Of a stretch of 64,000 nt of DNA, positions 1 through 11,575 are shown piece after piece. Location: contig NC_057719.1 in assembly GCF_004010195.1 (NCBI RefSeq), positions 36,304,585-36,368,584 on the forward strand, read 5' to 3'. A model generated the notes under the pieces. The model made no database searches. It saw only the letters and a program-made list of their open reading frames with translations, and was not told the DNA's origin. The translations under genes and the position numbers were made by a program. Origin of the DNA: Chiloscyllium plagiosum. Lineage: Eukaryota. Within the stretch, counting starts at the first letter, position 1. Each line of letters starts with the position of its first letter.

Positions 1-1200
1 ATTATGTTGTTGTACAACTTCTGGAATGGAAAGCCGCATCACCTCGTGGAGAATACTCTCCACTTGTCTGGATGAGTGCAGCTTCAAAAACCCTCAGAAA
101 GCTCAATGCCATCCAGGACTAAACAGTGCAATTGATAGACAACCCATTCATCACCTTAGATACTTACTGCCATCAGCATTGGTGTACTGTAGCTGTAGCC
201 ACTGTGTGTACCATCTACAAGCTGTACTCTAATGACTCACCACAGCTTCTTCAATAGCACCTTCCAATCCCACAACCACTGCTGCCCCAGAGGAACAGGC
301 TATGGGCACATGCAAGTTATTGTCCAAGTTACATACCATGCTGTCCTGAACATAAAAAACTGGAGCAGGAGTGGGCTACAGAGCCCATCAAAACCTCTCC
401 ACCATTGAGGAAGATGCTGCAGCATCAGCTCCTTTTCCCAGTTTGATCGCCAAGTCACGTAATTGTTTCCTAGAATCCAAAAGTCCATCAATCTCAACCT
501 TGAACTGGGTGCCGGCAGGTGGGGCTAGATTGGGTTGGGATATCTGGTCGGCATGGACAGGTTGGACCGAAGGGTCTGTTTCCATGCTGTACACCTCTAT
601 GACTCTATGTCACTGACCTCACATTGAAGTTTACACTACCCCTCCCATTGCCCGAATTCTGTACCATCTGACATCTGGCGTGAAAAATTCAGCTCAGACC
701 CTACTATCTCAGCTCCCTCAGAATTCTTTATATCTCACTTAGATCTAAACTTGAGACAGTATGTGCCCAATTTCTCAGCTTCTAATCATATGACAATCTT
801 CTCATCCAAGGAATCAATCTAGTTAAAATATACTGCACCTTCTCCAAGCAAAATATATCCTTTGGTAAAGAAATGAAAACACCTCACAGTGTTCCAAGTG
901 TTGTCCCCTCGAAGCCTAGTACAATTCTAACAAGACTTTTCCACACTTGTACTGCAATCTCCACAACATTTCATTTGCTTTTCTAACCACTTGCTAACTT
1001 CTTATGATTCTTGTACAGGGAAATATATTTTCATTCACTCATCACTGCTGGATTAAAATCCTGGAATTCCCTACGCAACAGCACTGTGGGTGTACTTTCA
1101 CAACATGGCCTGCAGCAGTTCAAGAAAGCTGCTCACCATACCTTCTCAAAGGCAATTAGAGACTGGCCCAGTCAGTAATGATGCCATGAACATCTGAAAA
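1..1200 (+). mobile_element. Decayed LINE 3' region (CR1-group family with AW-MSAA-TLKKL-IQD-like ORF2 end), interrupted by other CR1 pieces
   Basis: ccacttgtctggatgagtgcagc near 60-80 and tail aaaatcctggaattccct...gcagcagttcaagaa at 1055-1160; CR1 3' tail ctctatgactctatg at ~595-610. The same family recurs at 18330-18900, 43760-44360, 52255-52760 and 54880-55245. Confidence 0.6.
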
Positions 1201-2395
1201 TACTGATGAATATCAGCCATCACCAAGTGACAATAGGTATGTGTTAAATTCCCCGCATTGACGACAGATCCATTCCACAAATAGCAAGATAATTTTTGAA
1301 TTTCACATTCTCTAGAGTTGGGATATTATCAGAATTACTTCTGAAGGAATGTCTGGAGCAGGGTTTCTTAATCATTTTGCCTCTGAAACCTCCTGCTGAT
1401 GTTATAAAAATTCAATGGATGCCCTGTAACACAAGATGTGTTTGTAATGCATAAAAATGAATTATACGGTTAATCAAATAGTTAACATAGATATGGCAAT
1501 CTCAACAACCTCTTTCTAGATTGTATGATTCTATTGAAAGTTGATACTTCATCCTTCAAACTGTTCTCCCAGAAGAAAGAATCTGTCAGGACTACATTTA
1601 GGAATATCACACATGAGTCCATTTAATAAAGAGCTGTAGAAAAAGACAGGCGCCCCACTGTAAAAGAGAAACATGTGACCAAAAACAGAATATTGACATT
1701 GTTTAATGGCAGGTCTGGAATAATATCTGCAGCAGCATTACATCTAAATGACCGATTGCATTTAAACTAAAACAATTTATGTAAAAATGTGATTAACTCT
1801 GGCACATTAAGATTAGAAAATGCAAAATGTGGAGGATCAACTGATATGCTGCATCATCATGCAACCATACTCAGCACATGTATGCAAACAAATTTTTAAT
1901 ATTCACAACCGCACTGGAATCAAAATATTAAATTAACATGATTGTCATGGCTCTTAATAGTATTTTGTTATTAAAGATATGGCAAGCAAGCAACTTTATT
2001 TAACAAATACTCTCATTTTTTGTAAATTCAACTGCATCAGTTATTAAGATAAACCAAGGATGTGACAAGTAGAGACAACAATGCAGAAGTAAGATTGACA
2101 ATTTTAGCAGAAGATTTGCTTCTTTAAAGCAACAAAATTATACTTAACACTTTTAGCCTGTCATTTATTTATCCAGGAATCAACACATAAAAATAAATAA
2201 ATGCAAATCCCTTATTTCAGATGGACAATATCTGTGTGTCATTTGCATCTTCAAAGGGACATCAAGCAGGGTATATTCTAAGGTCTATCAAGCTGTCCTC
2301 ATAAAATCAATATCCTTAGCATCGTAATCCTAGTTAAAGCCAGGCAGCCCACTACTGATCTACATATGCTGATTGGCCAACAATATTCATAGACC

Positions 2396-2715
2396 TTAGA
2401 TTTGATTCCCTACAGTATGGAAACAGGCCCTTTGGCCCAACAAGTCCACACTGACCCTCCGAAGAATAACCCACCCAGACCCATTCCCTTACCCTGTATT
2501 TACCCCTGGTTAATGCACCTACCATTATGGACAATTTATCATGGCCAATTCACCTGACCTGCACATCTTTGGACTGTGGGAGGAAACTGGAGCACCCAGA
2601 GGAAGCCCACGAAAACATGGGGAGACACACAGACAAGTTGCCCGAGATAGGAATCAAACTCAGATCCCTGGTGCTGTGAGGCAGCAGTGCTAACCACTGA
2701 GCCACAGTGCCACCC
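2396..2715 (-). mobile_element. HE1-like (V-SINE) tRNA-derived SINE
   Basis: Minus strand reads gggtggcactgtggctcagtggttagcactgctgcctcacagcaccagggatctgagtttgattcc (A/B boxes), then central ctcccacagtccaaagatgtgcaggtcagg and a CR1-derived tail gggccaaagggcctgtttccatactgtaggg. Confidence 0.85.
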
Positions 2716-3169
2716 TACTTTTCTTTTAGGCTAGTGAGCAGAATTAAAATTAAATACCTTGTAGAAATATTCACAAAAAGAATCATTGCAATGTGTCAGT
2801 GTAAGGTGCTTGGTGATTTGCTTTGAATATGTCTGACACAATCAGAAATGATCACTTTGCTTAAAAGGGAAATTCACTACTTTCCAAAATGGACCTCTGT
2901 GTTCTCTTGAGGGGCATCACCATTAAAAATGGCGAGCATGATGCATAAATCTATTCTTTAGCACAGACGTCAGTTTTCAGCTTTCCCTTCTGGAGCCTTC
3001 ACCTGGCCCCTCCCAACCCATGAGAGTGGAACTCAGCTCTTAAATACAAAGTATTTTCAGCATCACCTTCTCTCAATCCACACTGGAGATGTTCTACTTG
3101 AGCCTTGAAAAGATTTGCATTTCTAACTCTGACTCTTCCCACATGGTATTTATTAAAACCATTTATAGA

Positions 3170-3615
3170 GCTGTAGAGACATATAGAATGGAAACAGACC
3201 ATTCAGCCCAATTCGTCCATACCGACTAGGTTTCCTGAACTGAACTGCTCAAATTTCCTTACATTTAGTATATATCCCCCTAAACCTTTCCTATCCATGT
3301 ACCTGTCCAAATGTCTTTTAAATGTAGTAATTGTGCTCACCTGTATCACTTCTTCTGGAAGCTCATTCTATATGTGCACCACACTCTGTGTGAAAAAATA
3401 GCCCCTCAGGATCCTTTTAAATCTTTCCACTCTCACCTTAAACCTTTGCACTCCAGTTTCGGATAGCCTACCCTTGGAATAAGACCTTGGCCAATCATCT
3501 TCTCCATATCCCTCTTGATTTTATAAATCTTGATAAGGTCACCCCTCAGCCTCCTGTGCTCCACAGAAAAAGTCCTAGTCCATCCACCCTCTTCTTATAA
3601 TTCAAACCTCCCACA
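3170..3615 (-). mobile_element. CR1/HER1 LINE 3' fragment
   Basis: Minus strand encodes a CR1 ORF2 C-terminus (LRGDLIKIYKI...FFTQSVVHI) followed by the 3' UTR. Confidence 0.8.
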
Positions 3616-4472
3616 TTTCTATGTTTTTCTGTAATTAGACATTCAGGGAACTACTGTTCAATAAAGATTAAAAAGAGGAAAATTGTCTTGACTTGCTAGG
3701 TGGGTGTGACAGAATTTTTTCAAGGGTTCTTCCATTTAGAAGCTACACCTTTAACCAAGGGTCAGGGGAGGTGGTGAGTGGGGAGATGGTAGCTTTAGAA
3801 ACTCCACAAAAATGATGACTGGCAAAAAAAAAAAACCCTGAGAATTGAGTCTTTGGTCAATCAAAATTGAAAAGTAATTGACTTTAATTTAGTAAAAAAA
3901 TCATGAATAATGTGCAACTCCAATTGGCCATATCAACTGGAACCATGCTCAATACTCTTGGGATGACGAATCCAAACCTCAGTATTATTTAACTTAGATG
4001 CCATCGGAATACAGCACTGTTTGATACATGCTAGAACATCAGACAGGAAAAACAAGTGATGAAGGAAGGTATGGAGTCTTAGCAGCTGAAGGCATAATAC
4101 TAATGGTGAAGTGATTAAAATTAATGATGGAGGTCAGAACTGGAGGAGTTCAAGTATCTTGGAGGGTTTAGACAGTCATACTATGGAGTGTGTTGTAAAC
4201 ATGGATGATCATTTTAAGATCAGGGAACTGGTTAAGCTGGAGGCAGTGTAGGCAAGCACATAGTAGGGTTTTGTGCAGTTATAAAAATAAAGTAATTGGA
4301 AGCTCATCTTGGAGTCAAGTATGACACCAAAGTTTTAAACAATTTGGTTCAGCCTGGGAGTGGGATGGAACCAGTCAAAGCCATAGTGTCATAAAGTCAA
4401 AGGAGGGTATGTAATGGAGATGATGGGATTGTTTTCAGTAGACAAGGTTCAGAGGAGATTTGATAAGTGTCT

Positions 4473-4699
4473 TGGTGAGTTTGGTTAGCTCAATGGAGTG
4501 GATAGCTGGTTTGCAATTGCAGAGTGATACCAACAACATGGGTTCAATTTCCACACTAGCTGAGGTTACCGTGAAGGCCATCCTTTTCAACCTTTCCCTA
4601 GCCTGAGGTGTGGTTACCCTTAGGTGAAACCACCACCATCATATCTCTCTAATGAGACAGCAGCCCTACGATCCAGCATGAGTACAATGACTTTATTTA
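4473..4699 (+). mobile_element. tRNA-derived SINE
   Basis: ggttagctcaatgg (A-box-like) and gggttcaatttcc (B-box-like) head; ends in gactttattta. Confidence 0.6.
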
Positions 4700-5163
4700 C
4701 AGGGGTCCAGAAAGAGTAGTTAGAAACTTTCTTCCCATTGCAGAACAGTCAAGGACCTAGATTAAAAGTGATTCGCCAAGAGACCAGGAAACATAAATAA
4801 GACCTTTTTTATGTAACAGATAATAATGATCTACAGTGCATTGCCTTACAGTTTGGCAAATTCAAATGATGTGAATTGACTTGGTTAAGCCCCTGAAGGG
4901 AAAAGCAACAGCACTATGAGCAAGGAGTGGAAATAGCTATAATGTTTTTTGTAGAGAGCCAGTATGGATTCCACAGGTCAAACAGCCTTCGTCTGTGCTA
5001 TAATCATTCCTAAATTCAATGTTAACACTTAACTAGTCCATTGCTGGACAGTTTAGTCAAATGACATTGGTCATTTGTAATTAAAAACAAACAAAATTAT
5101 CTTCTTCACAAATCTGGATCTTAGATAATATTCCCCAAGTTAAATAAATAGTTGAGTTTGTAC

Positions 5164-5227
5164 CTGCATTCACCAGTAGTTTCACAGAATCCATTTACTG
5201 AATGACAGCCACGTTTGCATTCAATTC
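5164..5227 (-). CDS. DLK1: DLK1 coding exon 2 (first EGF-like repeat, GIECKRGCHSVNGFCETTGECR)
   Basis: Acceptor tttttcttctgtacctgtag|GA, donor TGCAG|GTACAA, 64 nt, phase 1 to phase 2. The cysteine spacing and NGFCE motif match the recalled human DLK1 exon 2 peptide (AECFPACNPQNGFCEDDNVCR) better than DLK2 (DDCSSHCDLAHGCCAPDGSCR). Confidence 0.9.
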
Positions 5228-7954
5228 CTACAGGTACAGAAGAAAAATGTAAATTACTGATTGCCCAACTAATTAGCAGAGTAACCATCCCTAGAAAACA
5301 TGTATAAATATTACTTCTGCAGTTTCCAATGTATTATTTAACTCCATTGTGTATCTATTAGTATTTACAATGGATATTTAATATCATAGATAGCAATGGT
5401 TTAATTACTCCTCATACACTCCTTATATCTGGAGGGTACGGTTAGACTGGTTACCCAGCAATCTTTAATTTCAAGTTAATTTTATATTTAAATCCACAGA
5501 GTGTAATTCAAAGAATGGACTGAATTAATAATGGAATTGTTCGGCACTGGAGATCTAATGTTCTGCTAATCAAGTTTAAAGAAATTTAAATACGAATAAA
5601 AGCAGTGGAATGCTAATTAATCATCTGTGTTTGGTATTCCACTGAGCCTTCAGATTCTTCAAGAACAGAAATAAAAGTCCATGAAAAGTTTTAAGAAGTC
5701 ATTTTAACTTGTAGATGAGAAATTCCAACAACTTTCCAGAATTGCACAAACACGTGAAAAGGTGAATATATATTTCCATTTTAGACATGGTATTAGCAGG
5801 AATGACATTGTGGGAAGAATGTGGGAAGGAGAATGTTAGCACTGTAGAAGTTTTCTATAACTTTTACAATAAATTTAAATATATGTCATGGTACAATAGA
5901 ATAAAAGAGGTCCAGGAAAACAAGGAGAATTGTAGGTTTATTAGTAACTAAGATTTCAGTCAGTCTGCCTTCTGCAGTAGAGTCAACCACCTGTGAATGC
6001 CAGTGCAGCAATGTATCTAATTACACATGCCTACCTGAGAGACGACTGGTGAAATGTGCTACGTGGGCTATGAACCTTTAACAACAGTCAACTGTCTGCA
6101 TCAGAGTACCAGTTGAATTCAAGATCATTACTCTCCTCAACATTTATGTCTTAGAAACCCAAAACAGTATGTGTGGCATTTAGATTAGATTCCCCACAGT
6201 GTAGAAACAGGACCTTCAGCCCAACATTTTTCTCCACACTAACCAAATAAAACAGCATTGTTTGCTTAGATGATTCCTTGGTTTCCCCAGTACTTGGATA
6301 ACAATCTTATTGCTTTCACTGCAACACCAGGGTCCTTCTGTTATATAATCTCATCTGCCTTTGAACCTTCCCTGTTCTTTGTCATTCCGACTTTCCCGTT
6401 TCTGTTGGTTAAAATTAGTTATAATTCTAACTTTCTCCAGTTTCAAAGCTACGGAATATTCACAGCATTCGCTGTTTTTATTTCAGATTTCCGGCACCCT
6501 TAGCTTTGAAGTCATTGTGCGTGTGTGCTGTACAGAAAGCTCTACATAATCACACCTAGACCCTGGTTATTAATAATTGCTGTTACCAAATAAATGCTGT
6601 AACATTTCCCTTTCAATACCAGAAATGGATTTTACGACGTTGATATCAGAAGTGTGACAAGAGCTTCTTTGCACATGTTTTATGACAGAGAACGATGTGA
6701 TTCCAGTACCAAAATAAAATATATGAGAGACAGGCAGTATCGGTGGATTTGTTAAAACTACGAACGTCAGCTGTTAAGTTTCCATCATCAAAACTGTTAA
6801 GGAAAGATGACCATAAACACAAGGGAAAAAGTACAAAGTCAAACAAGACGGTGAACATTTGAAGCGTTATAAAACTAACAATAAAAATAACACATTGTAT
6901 ATCCTTGCAATGGTGTAACTGCGGCAAGGCGTCAGCACATTCACTTCCAAGGACACAAGGTGGCAGGTTATCATCTCTCACTGGAGCTGAACAACATTTC
7001 ACCATTGCTAAGTATAATGCATGTCCATCTCCCACCCACCCTCCATTTCTACATTTCAAAGGGTTGTTTAAAAATGGTTTCTACTCCCGGCTAACACCTC
7101 CTCCAACTTTCTACAATGTCATATTGCTGAGTTTTTCTACAGAAAGGGCCATGACCAATAGGTAGATGTCTACCCATTCAATCTGAGGGACAGTGGATCC
7201 GCTCTTGGAACTTCATTGTATTCTGGACGCCCACATTAAAAATGCAAGGAGCGTCATTTGAACCATAATTCTTAAAGAAATGTTAATTTCATTGGATGTG
7301 CCACCACCAGGAATGAATGCCATATATATTATCTGGCCATACAGCGGATGAATTCACTTATTAAGGCTTGGGCTGGTGGTGCCTATTATTGTTTTGCTTT
7401 AGCTGTTCGAGTGAGATGATGAAATCTTCCAAAAGTGTCACTTATCTCATTCTTCATTTTGAATCCTAAAAGAAGACAGTTCTGAACGCGCAGGTCTAAG
7501 AGGTACACTGCATGTGTTCGTAAATACGAGATCTGTTTTACAGTATCATTTACATTGTAAATTCACCCTTTCTAAAGGAAGTGTGTTTAACCCATATAGT
7601 TCCGCCACAGGTCTAAGCAGAAAGGGTCTTGGAAGGATATTTGAAAAAGTGTGATGAACTTTAACATCCAGCATTTGATATTAACCGACGGAGTTAGTTT
7701 AATATGATTCTGATCTGTGAAAATCAATTCATTTCTATAAAGTTCGTTTGATCCGAGTAAGCCCCAGATGCAGAAATGCAGGTTTCCCACTGCGGAGGGA
7801 GCGGCTCACACTGTCGCCAGTGTCCGTGGGTCATCGCGAACACCTTGGGTCCCCATTGAAAATACACCAATCTGACTGGGGCGGTTATTGTAACGGTTCT
7901 CAATCGGAGCCTGACGTGACACGGGACATAGCGTCAAATAAAGTCTCAATTTAC

Positions 7955-8039
7955 CTTGAGCGAAGGCGCCGGCCATGAGGATCAGAATGCAGCAAGCTAA
8001 CACCGAGACAGCACGGTGGAGATCCACGGCCGTCTTCAT
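7955..8039 (-). CDS. DLK1: DLK1 coding exon 1 (signal peptide MKTAVDLHRAVSVLACCILILMAGAFAQ-G)
   Basis: ATG at 8039-8037 in good context (agtATG, A at -3). It is followed by a hydrophobic signal peptide ending AFA-Q and a phase-1 donor CAAG|GTAAAT at 7955/7954 (85 nt). It splices in frame to the 64-nt exon at 5227-5164 and lies in the most GC/CpG-rich part of the window. Confidence 0.88.
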
Positions 8040-8575
8040 ACTGAGAGCTTCCACTCATCGGAAGACCTGAACAGCACTTAGGAAAGATTCAGATCCGAAT
8101 GAATTAGCAGCAGTTTCCCCACAGAGCAGCCTGCACTGAGAGGCTTCCCTGAGAGGAGTTACACCGCCTCCTGGTGGTCACCAAGTTCGAGCTGAACAGC
8201 CCGTTCTCGGTACAGAGGTGGGCAGCCACAGAGAGACACTCAGGGCGGGAGAGGGAGCAGAGTGTCCGCCGGCCTCTGGGGGTGCTGCAGGAGGTGCTGA
8301 GCACACTCCCTGGGCGGCTTTCGCCCCCTGACAGGCACCGCCGCGGTCCTGGCTTCAGCCGGCAGCTGCTGGGGGCTGACCTGCGGTGTTAGAGATCCCG
8401 GAGTGAGCTCCAGCACACGGTCCCAGCGCCAGAGGCAGCACCAACTGGCTAAAGCTTCAGGCCAAGTGGAGCCAAGGGCAAGGAGGCATGCCCAGCAAAG
8501 AGCACTCCAGCTTTTTAAAGGAGGCTTCCGAGGAGAAAGCCGCGCTCCCTTTTGACGCATCATGGTTTATATAAC
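8040..8575 (-). promoter_or_regulatory. GC/CpG-rich putative DLK1 5' UTR and core promoter, candidate TATA box at 8573-8566
   Basis: GC- and CpG-rich stretch directly upstream of the ATG; TATATAAA on the minus strand at 8573-8566. The TSS cannot be determined from sequence. Confidence 0.5.
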
Positions 8576-8915
8576 CACAGAGAATCTCACAGAGTACAAG
8601 GAGGCCATTCCTGATGAAGGGCTCCTGCCCGAAATGCTGATTTTCCTGCCTCTCGGACGCTGCCTGACCTGCTGTGCTTTTCCAGCACCACTCTAATCTT
8701 GGCTCTGATCTCCAGCGTCTGCAGATCTCACTTCTGCCATGGAGGCCATATAGCCCTCCCAGGGCCTTGCCAGCCCTCTGGAGGATCTGTCTGTACAGTT
8801 TCTCTCTGCTCAGAGTTTCCATGGAGCGCCCAGCACCTTTTCAAACAACCCCTTCCAGATCACATCAGGAAAACTATTTTCCTGGTCCCACTCCTGGTCT
8901 TTCGTTTATGCCAAG
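8576..8915 (-). mobile_element. Old CR1 3' end directly upstream of the DLK1 promoter, host of a PLE insert
   Basis: cacagagaatctcacagagtacaaggaggccat...atagccc resembles the reverse-complement CR1 3' terminus seen elsewhere in the window (compare aggagtaggccattcagccc at 49647). Confidence 0.55.
8609..8740 (+). mobile_element. Short Penelope-like pLTR insert with hammerhead core
   Basis: tcCTGATGAagggctcctgcccGAAAtg...gctgcctgacctgctgtgcttttccagcaccactc; TSD ggaggccat at 8600-8608 and 8741-8749. Confidence 0.8.
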
Positions 8916-9003
8916 CACCCCGGCCGTGAGTAACCTCAGTAAGCAAAGGAAACAACTGCTTATGAACTCAACATCCTACAGCAGCATTAGTTTACCTACA
9001 GCA

Positions 9004-9983
9004 TTAGTTTAATAACAAGACGTTCATTTAAATAAGCTATTCCATTTCGTCCTTGATCGAGACGTCCTTGATCATGATGCCTTCAGCATCATTGTAACAG
9101 TGCTCAGTGCTGTCACCTCTTCCCTCTTCGACTTGAATCAAGACCATCCTACCTCCGCTGCTGGACTGACTGTGGAGCTAAGGCAGGATTCACGTTCCGA
9201 GTCCTGTGAGCCTTCTTCCTCTGCTCTCTCTACCCTGTTCTCAGCCCTGTTTATTTCATATATCCTCAATTCTTCCTAATATTTTGCTTCATGTTCTCTA
9301 TCTTAAAACCGTTACCGTCCGCGAATCCATTTTGAAAAACGAGATAATGTGTTCTTTTCAAATGCTCTTCCCTTTTTCTTACTTTCCTTTTCTGTTTACC
9401 CGCAAATCTTTTCATGGCGCAAGTGTGGCCTTTTAAACCCACTATAACCTCTGTAGAAATGTACTTTACTGCTCTGACTATATATTCCAGCGTCCCACGA
9501 TTTTAATTGCTTGGTAACATTTGAAGGTAGAATTCCACTCTTGCTCTGAGTTTTTATCGGAATTACCGAGTCCTTGTTCCGTACCAGTCATTGCCGTAAT
9601 CATTGGAACCTGTTTCTTCAAACAATATTGATTATTTTGCATTCTTTATTGTTAAATTGTATTTTCCAGTTGACCGCTGAGCTAGTGAGTGAGCTAAATT
9701 CTGCAGCAAGTATTTAGTTGCTACCCCTATCATTACAGCTATCGCTGTTAGGGTCATCGGCATATTTCACAAAGGAAGATTTGTTTGTTGTAAAGTGTTT
9801 TTATTTTGCAGGTTACCAGGAACACCCTGAGCTTTGCAGATTTCCATTCAGAACGTCCATCCAGTCTACCAGTCCATGTAGCGAGGCCTGCTACTCATCT
9901 AGTCCAGTGCTGTATTCTACATTTTAGTTTAATAACAAGACGTTCATTTAAATAAGCTATTCCATTTCGTCCGTGATCAAGAC
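9004..9983. repeat. 60-bp direct repeat pair (9004-9063 and 9924-9983)
   Basis: ttagtttaataacaagacgttcatttaaataagctattccatttcgtcc(t/g)tgatc(g/a)agac; 58/60 identical, offset 920 bp. Confidence 0.9.
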
Positions 9984-10272
9984 AGTGTGACAAGCATTAC
10001 CTGTCTCCCTATTCTTTGTGAATGTATATACATATGTTAACCACCTTGCTCTGAAATGTTATTCCACACTCTGGAGTATGTTGGTCCTGAGTCCTGACAC
10101 TACCACTGTGCCACAAAAGATTCTATTTTTGCTGTTTGTACTTCCAGCCTAAACTTTGTGAGAATTTTCCGTGTTCACCTACGGTCATGTATCTGCATCG
10201 CTCACATTCTTTGAACGTAGAGAGAATTTTTGGTTGTTTCCCGTGCTGCACCAAACCGCAGCGATGCCTTCA

Positions 10273-11210
10273 TTGGTCCTAGCCGGGGCTCAGTTAGCTC
10301 TGTCTTACGTGTTTAATCAGAAGTCACACTCCAGCGACTTGCCAACAAAATTCCAGGCATGCTGTGGGAGGGCTGCACTGTTGGAGGTGCTGTCTCTCTC
10401 TGTTTGGAAATTAAATCAAAACTCCGTTTGTTCTCTCAGTGTATAATATTTCAAAAGTACAGCAGAATGAGCCTGTGCAATATTTATGCTGCAAACATAA
10501 TTTACTGCAAAAAAAACCCTTTAAGTGATCGTTGACATGTTGCTGTTTGTGGGAGTTTGCTGACAGCCTACTTGCCTACTTGCGGAACGGTTCAGAGAAC
10601 ACCTCTGGGACACCCGGACCAACCAACCCAACCACCCCGTGGCTCAACACTTCAACTCCACCTCCCACTCCATCAAGGACATGCAGGAACTTGGACTCCT
10701 CCATCGCCAGACCATAGCAACACGACGGTTGGAGGAAGAGCGCCTCATCTTCCGCCTAGGAACCCTCCAACCACAAGGGATGAACTCAGAGTTCTCCAGT
10801 TTCCTCATTTCCCCTCCCCCCCACCTTGCCTCAGTCAAATCCCTCGAACTCAGCACCACCTTCCTAACCTGCAATCTTCTTCCTGACCTCTCCGCTCCCA
10901 CCCCCACTCCGGCCTATCACCCTCACCTTGACCTCCTTCCACCTATCGTATTTCCAACGCCCCTCCCCCAAGTCCCTCCTCCCTACCTTTTATCTTAGCC
11001 TGCTTGGCACACCCTCCTCATTCCCGAAACGTCGATTGTCCTGTTCCTTGGATGCTGCCTGACCTGTGCTTTTCCAGCAACACATTTTCAGCCCTGACAG
11101 CAAATTAATCACGGTATTCCTACATCACAACACCGACTGCACTTTATTGGCTGCAAAGTGCTTTGGAATCTGTCGAAGTCATGAATGGGTGCTATACAAA
11201 TGTAAGTCTT
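10273..11210 (+). mobile_element. DeuSINE (SacSINE1/AmnSINE-like), split by a Penelope insert
   Basis: Degenerate tRNA-like head ggctcagtt, gagggctgcactgttggaggtgc, central ttgctgtttgtgggagtttgctg, tail tattggctgcaaagtgctttgg...gtgctatacaaatgtaagtctt. Family assigned from memory. Confidence 0.6.
10568..11093 (+). mobile_element. 5'-truncated Penelope-like element: GIY-YIG endonuclease C-terminus plus pLTR
   Basis: Encodes ERFREHLWDTRTNQPNHPVAQHFNSTSHSIKDMQELGL...RRLEEERLIFRLGTLQPQGMN, a typical PLE GIY-YIG tail. TSD ctgacagc at 10560-10567 and 11094-11101. The hammerhead core is deleted in this copy (cattcccgaaacgtc). Confidence 0.88.
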
Positions 11211-11380
11211 CCTCCGTGCCTCATGCAGTACTCACATATTGAAGCTTTCACTTTCACTAGCCTGGGTAATACGTTATCTGTCCTAGCTGGAAGATAGTTC
11301 AGATTTTTTTGAATTGTGCAAATTGAAGCCATTCCTAACTAGCGAATATTTTAGGAAAGCAGACTTTCCTGTTTCAACGA

Positions 11381-11575
11381 TTTGGAGATGCAAGTGTTGG
11401 ACTGGGATGTACAAGGTTAAAAATCACACAACACCAGGTTATTGTCCAACGGGTTTAATTGGAAGCACTAGCTTTCTGAGCGACGCTCCTTCATCAGGGG
11501 GTTGTCGCTCCGAAAGCTAGTGTGCTTCCAATTAAACCCGTTGGACTATAACCTGGTGTTGTGTGATGTTTTATA
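11381..11575. mobile_element. Fold-back (palindromic) PLE pLTR insert, family 2
   Basis: Inverted arms cacacaacaccaggttattgtccaacgggtttaattggaagcactagctttc / gaaagctagtgtgcttccaattaaacccgttggactataacctggtgttgtgtg; TSD ctgtttcaacga at 11369-11380 and 11576-11587. Confidence 0.85.

Noticed and set aside
2396..4699. tRNA genes
   Set aside because: The A/B-box sequences here and at 42279 are SINE heads running into SINE bodies, with no complete cloverleaf.
1..5163. DLK1 exon 3 (C-x-PGW-x-G...C)
   Set aside because: No matching cysteine-rich minus-strand exon was found by eye; ccatccagg near 110 belongs to a LINE. The exon is presumed to lie outside the window.
7806..8054. 82-aa single-exon ORF from the track
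   Set aside because: It is DLK1 exon 1 read through the GT donor into intron 1, started at an upstream GTG.
8104..9012. Cluster of 66-121 aa ORFs on both strands
   Set aside because: Expected by chance in GC-rich UTR/promoter DNA and partly translated PLE sequence (CWKSTAGQAAS); no recognisable domain.
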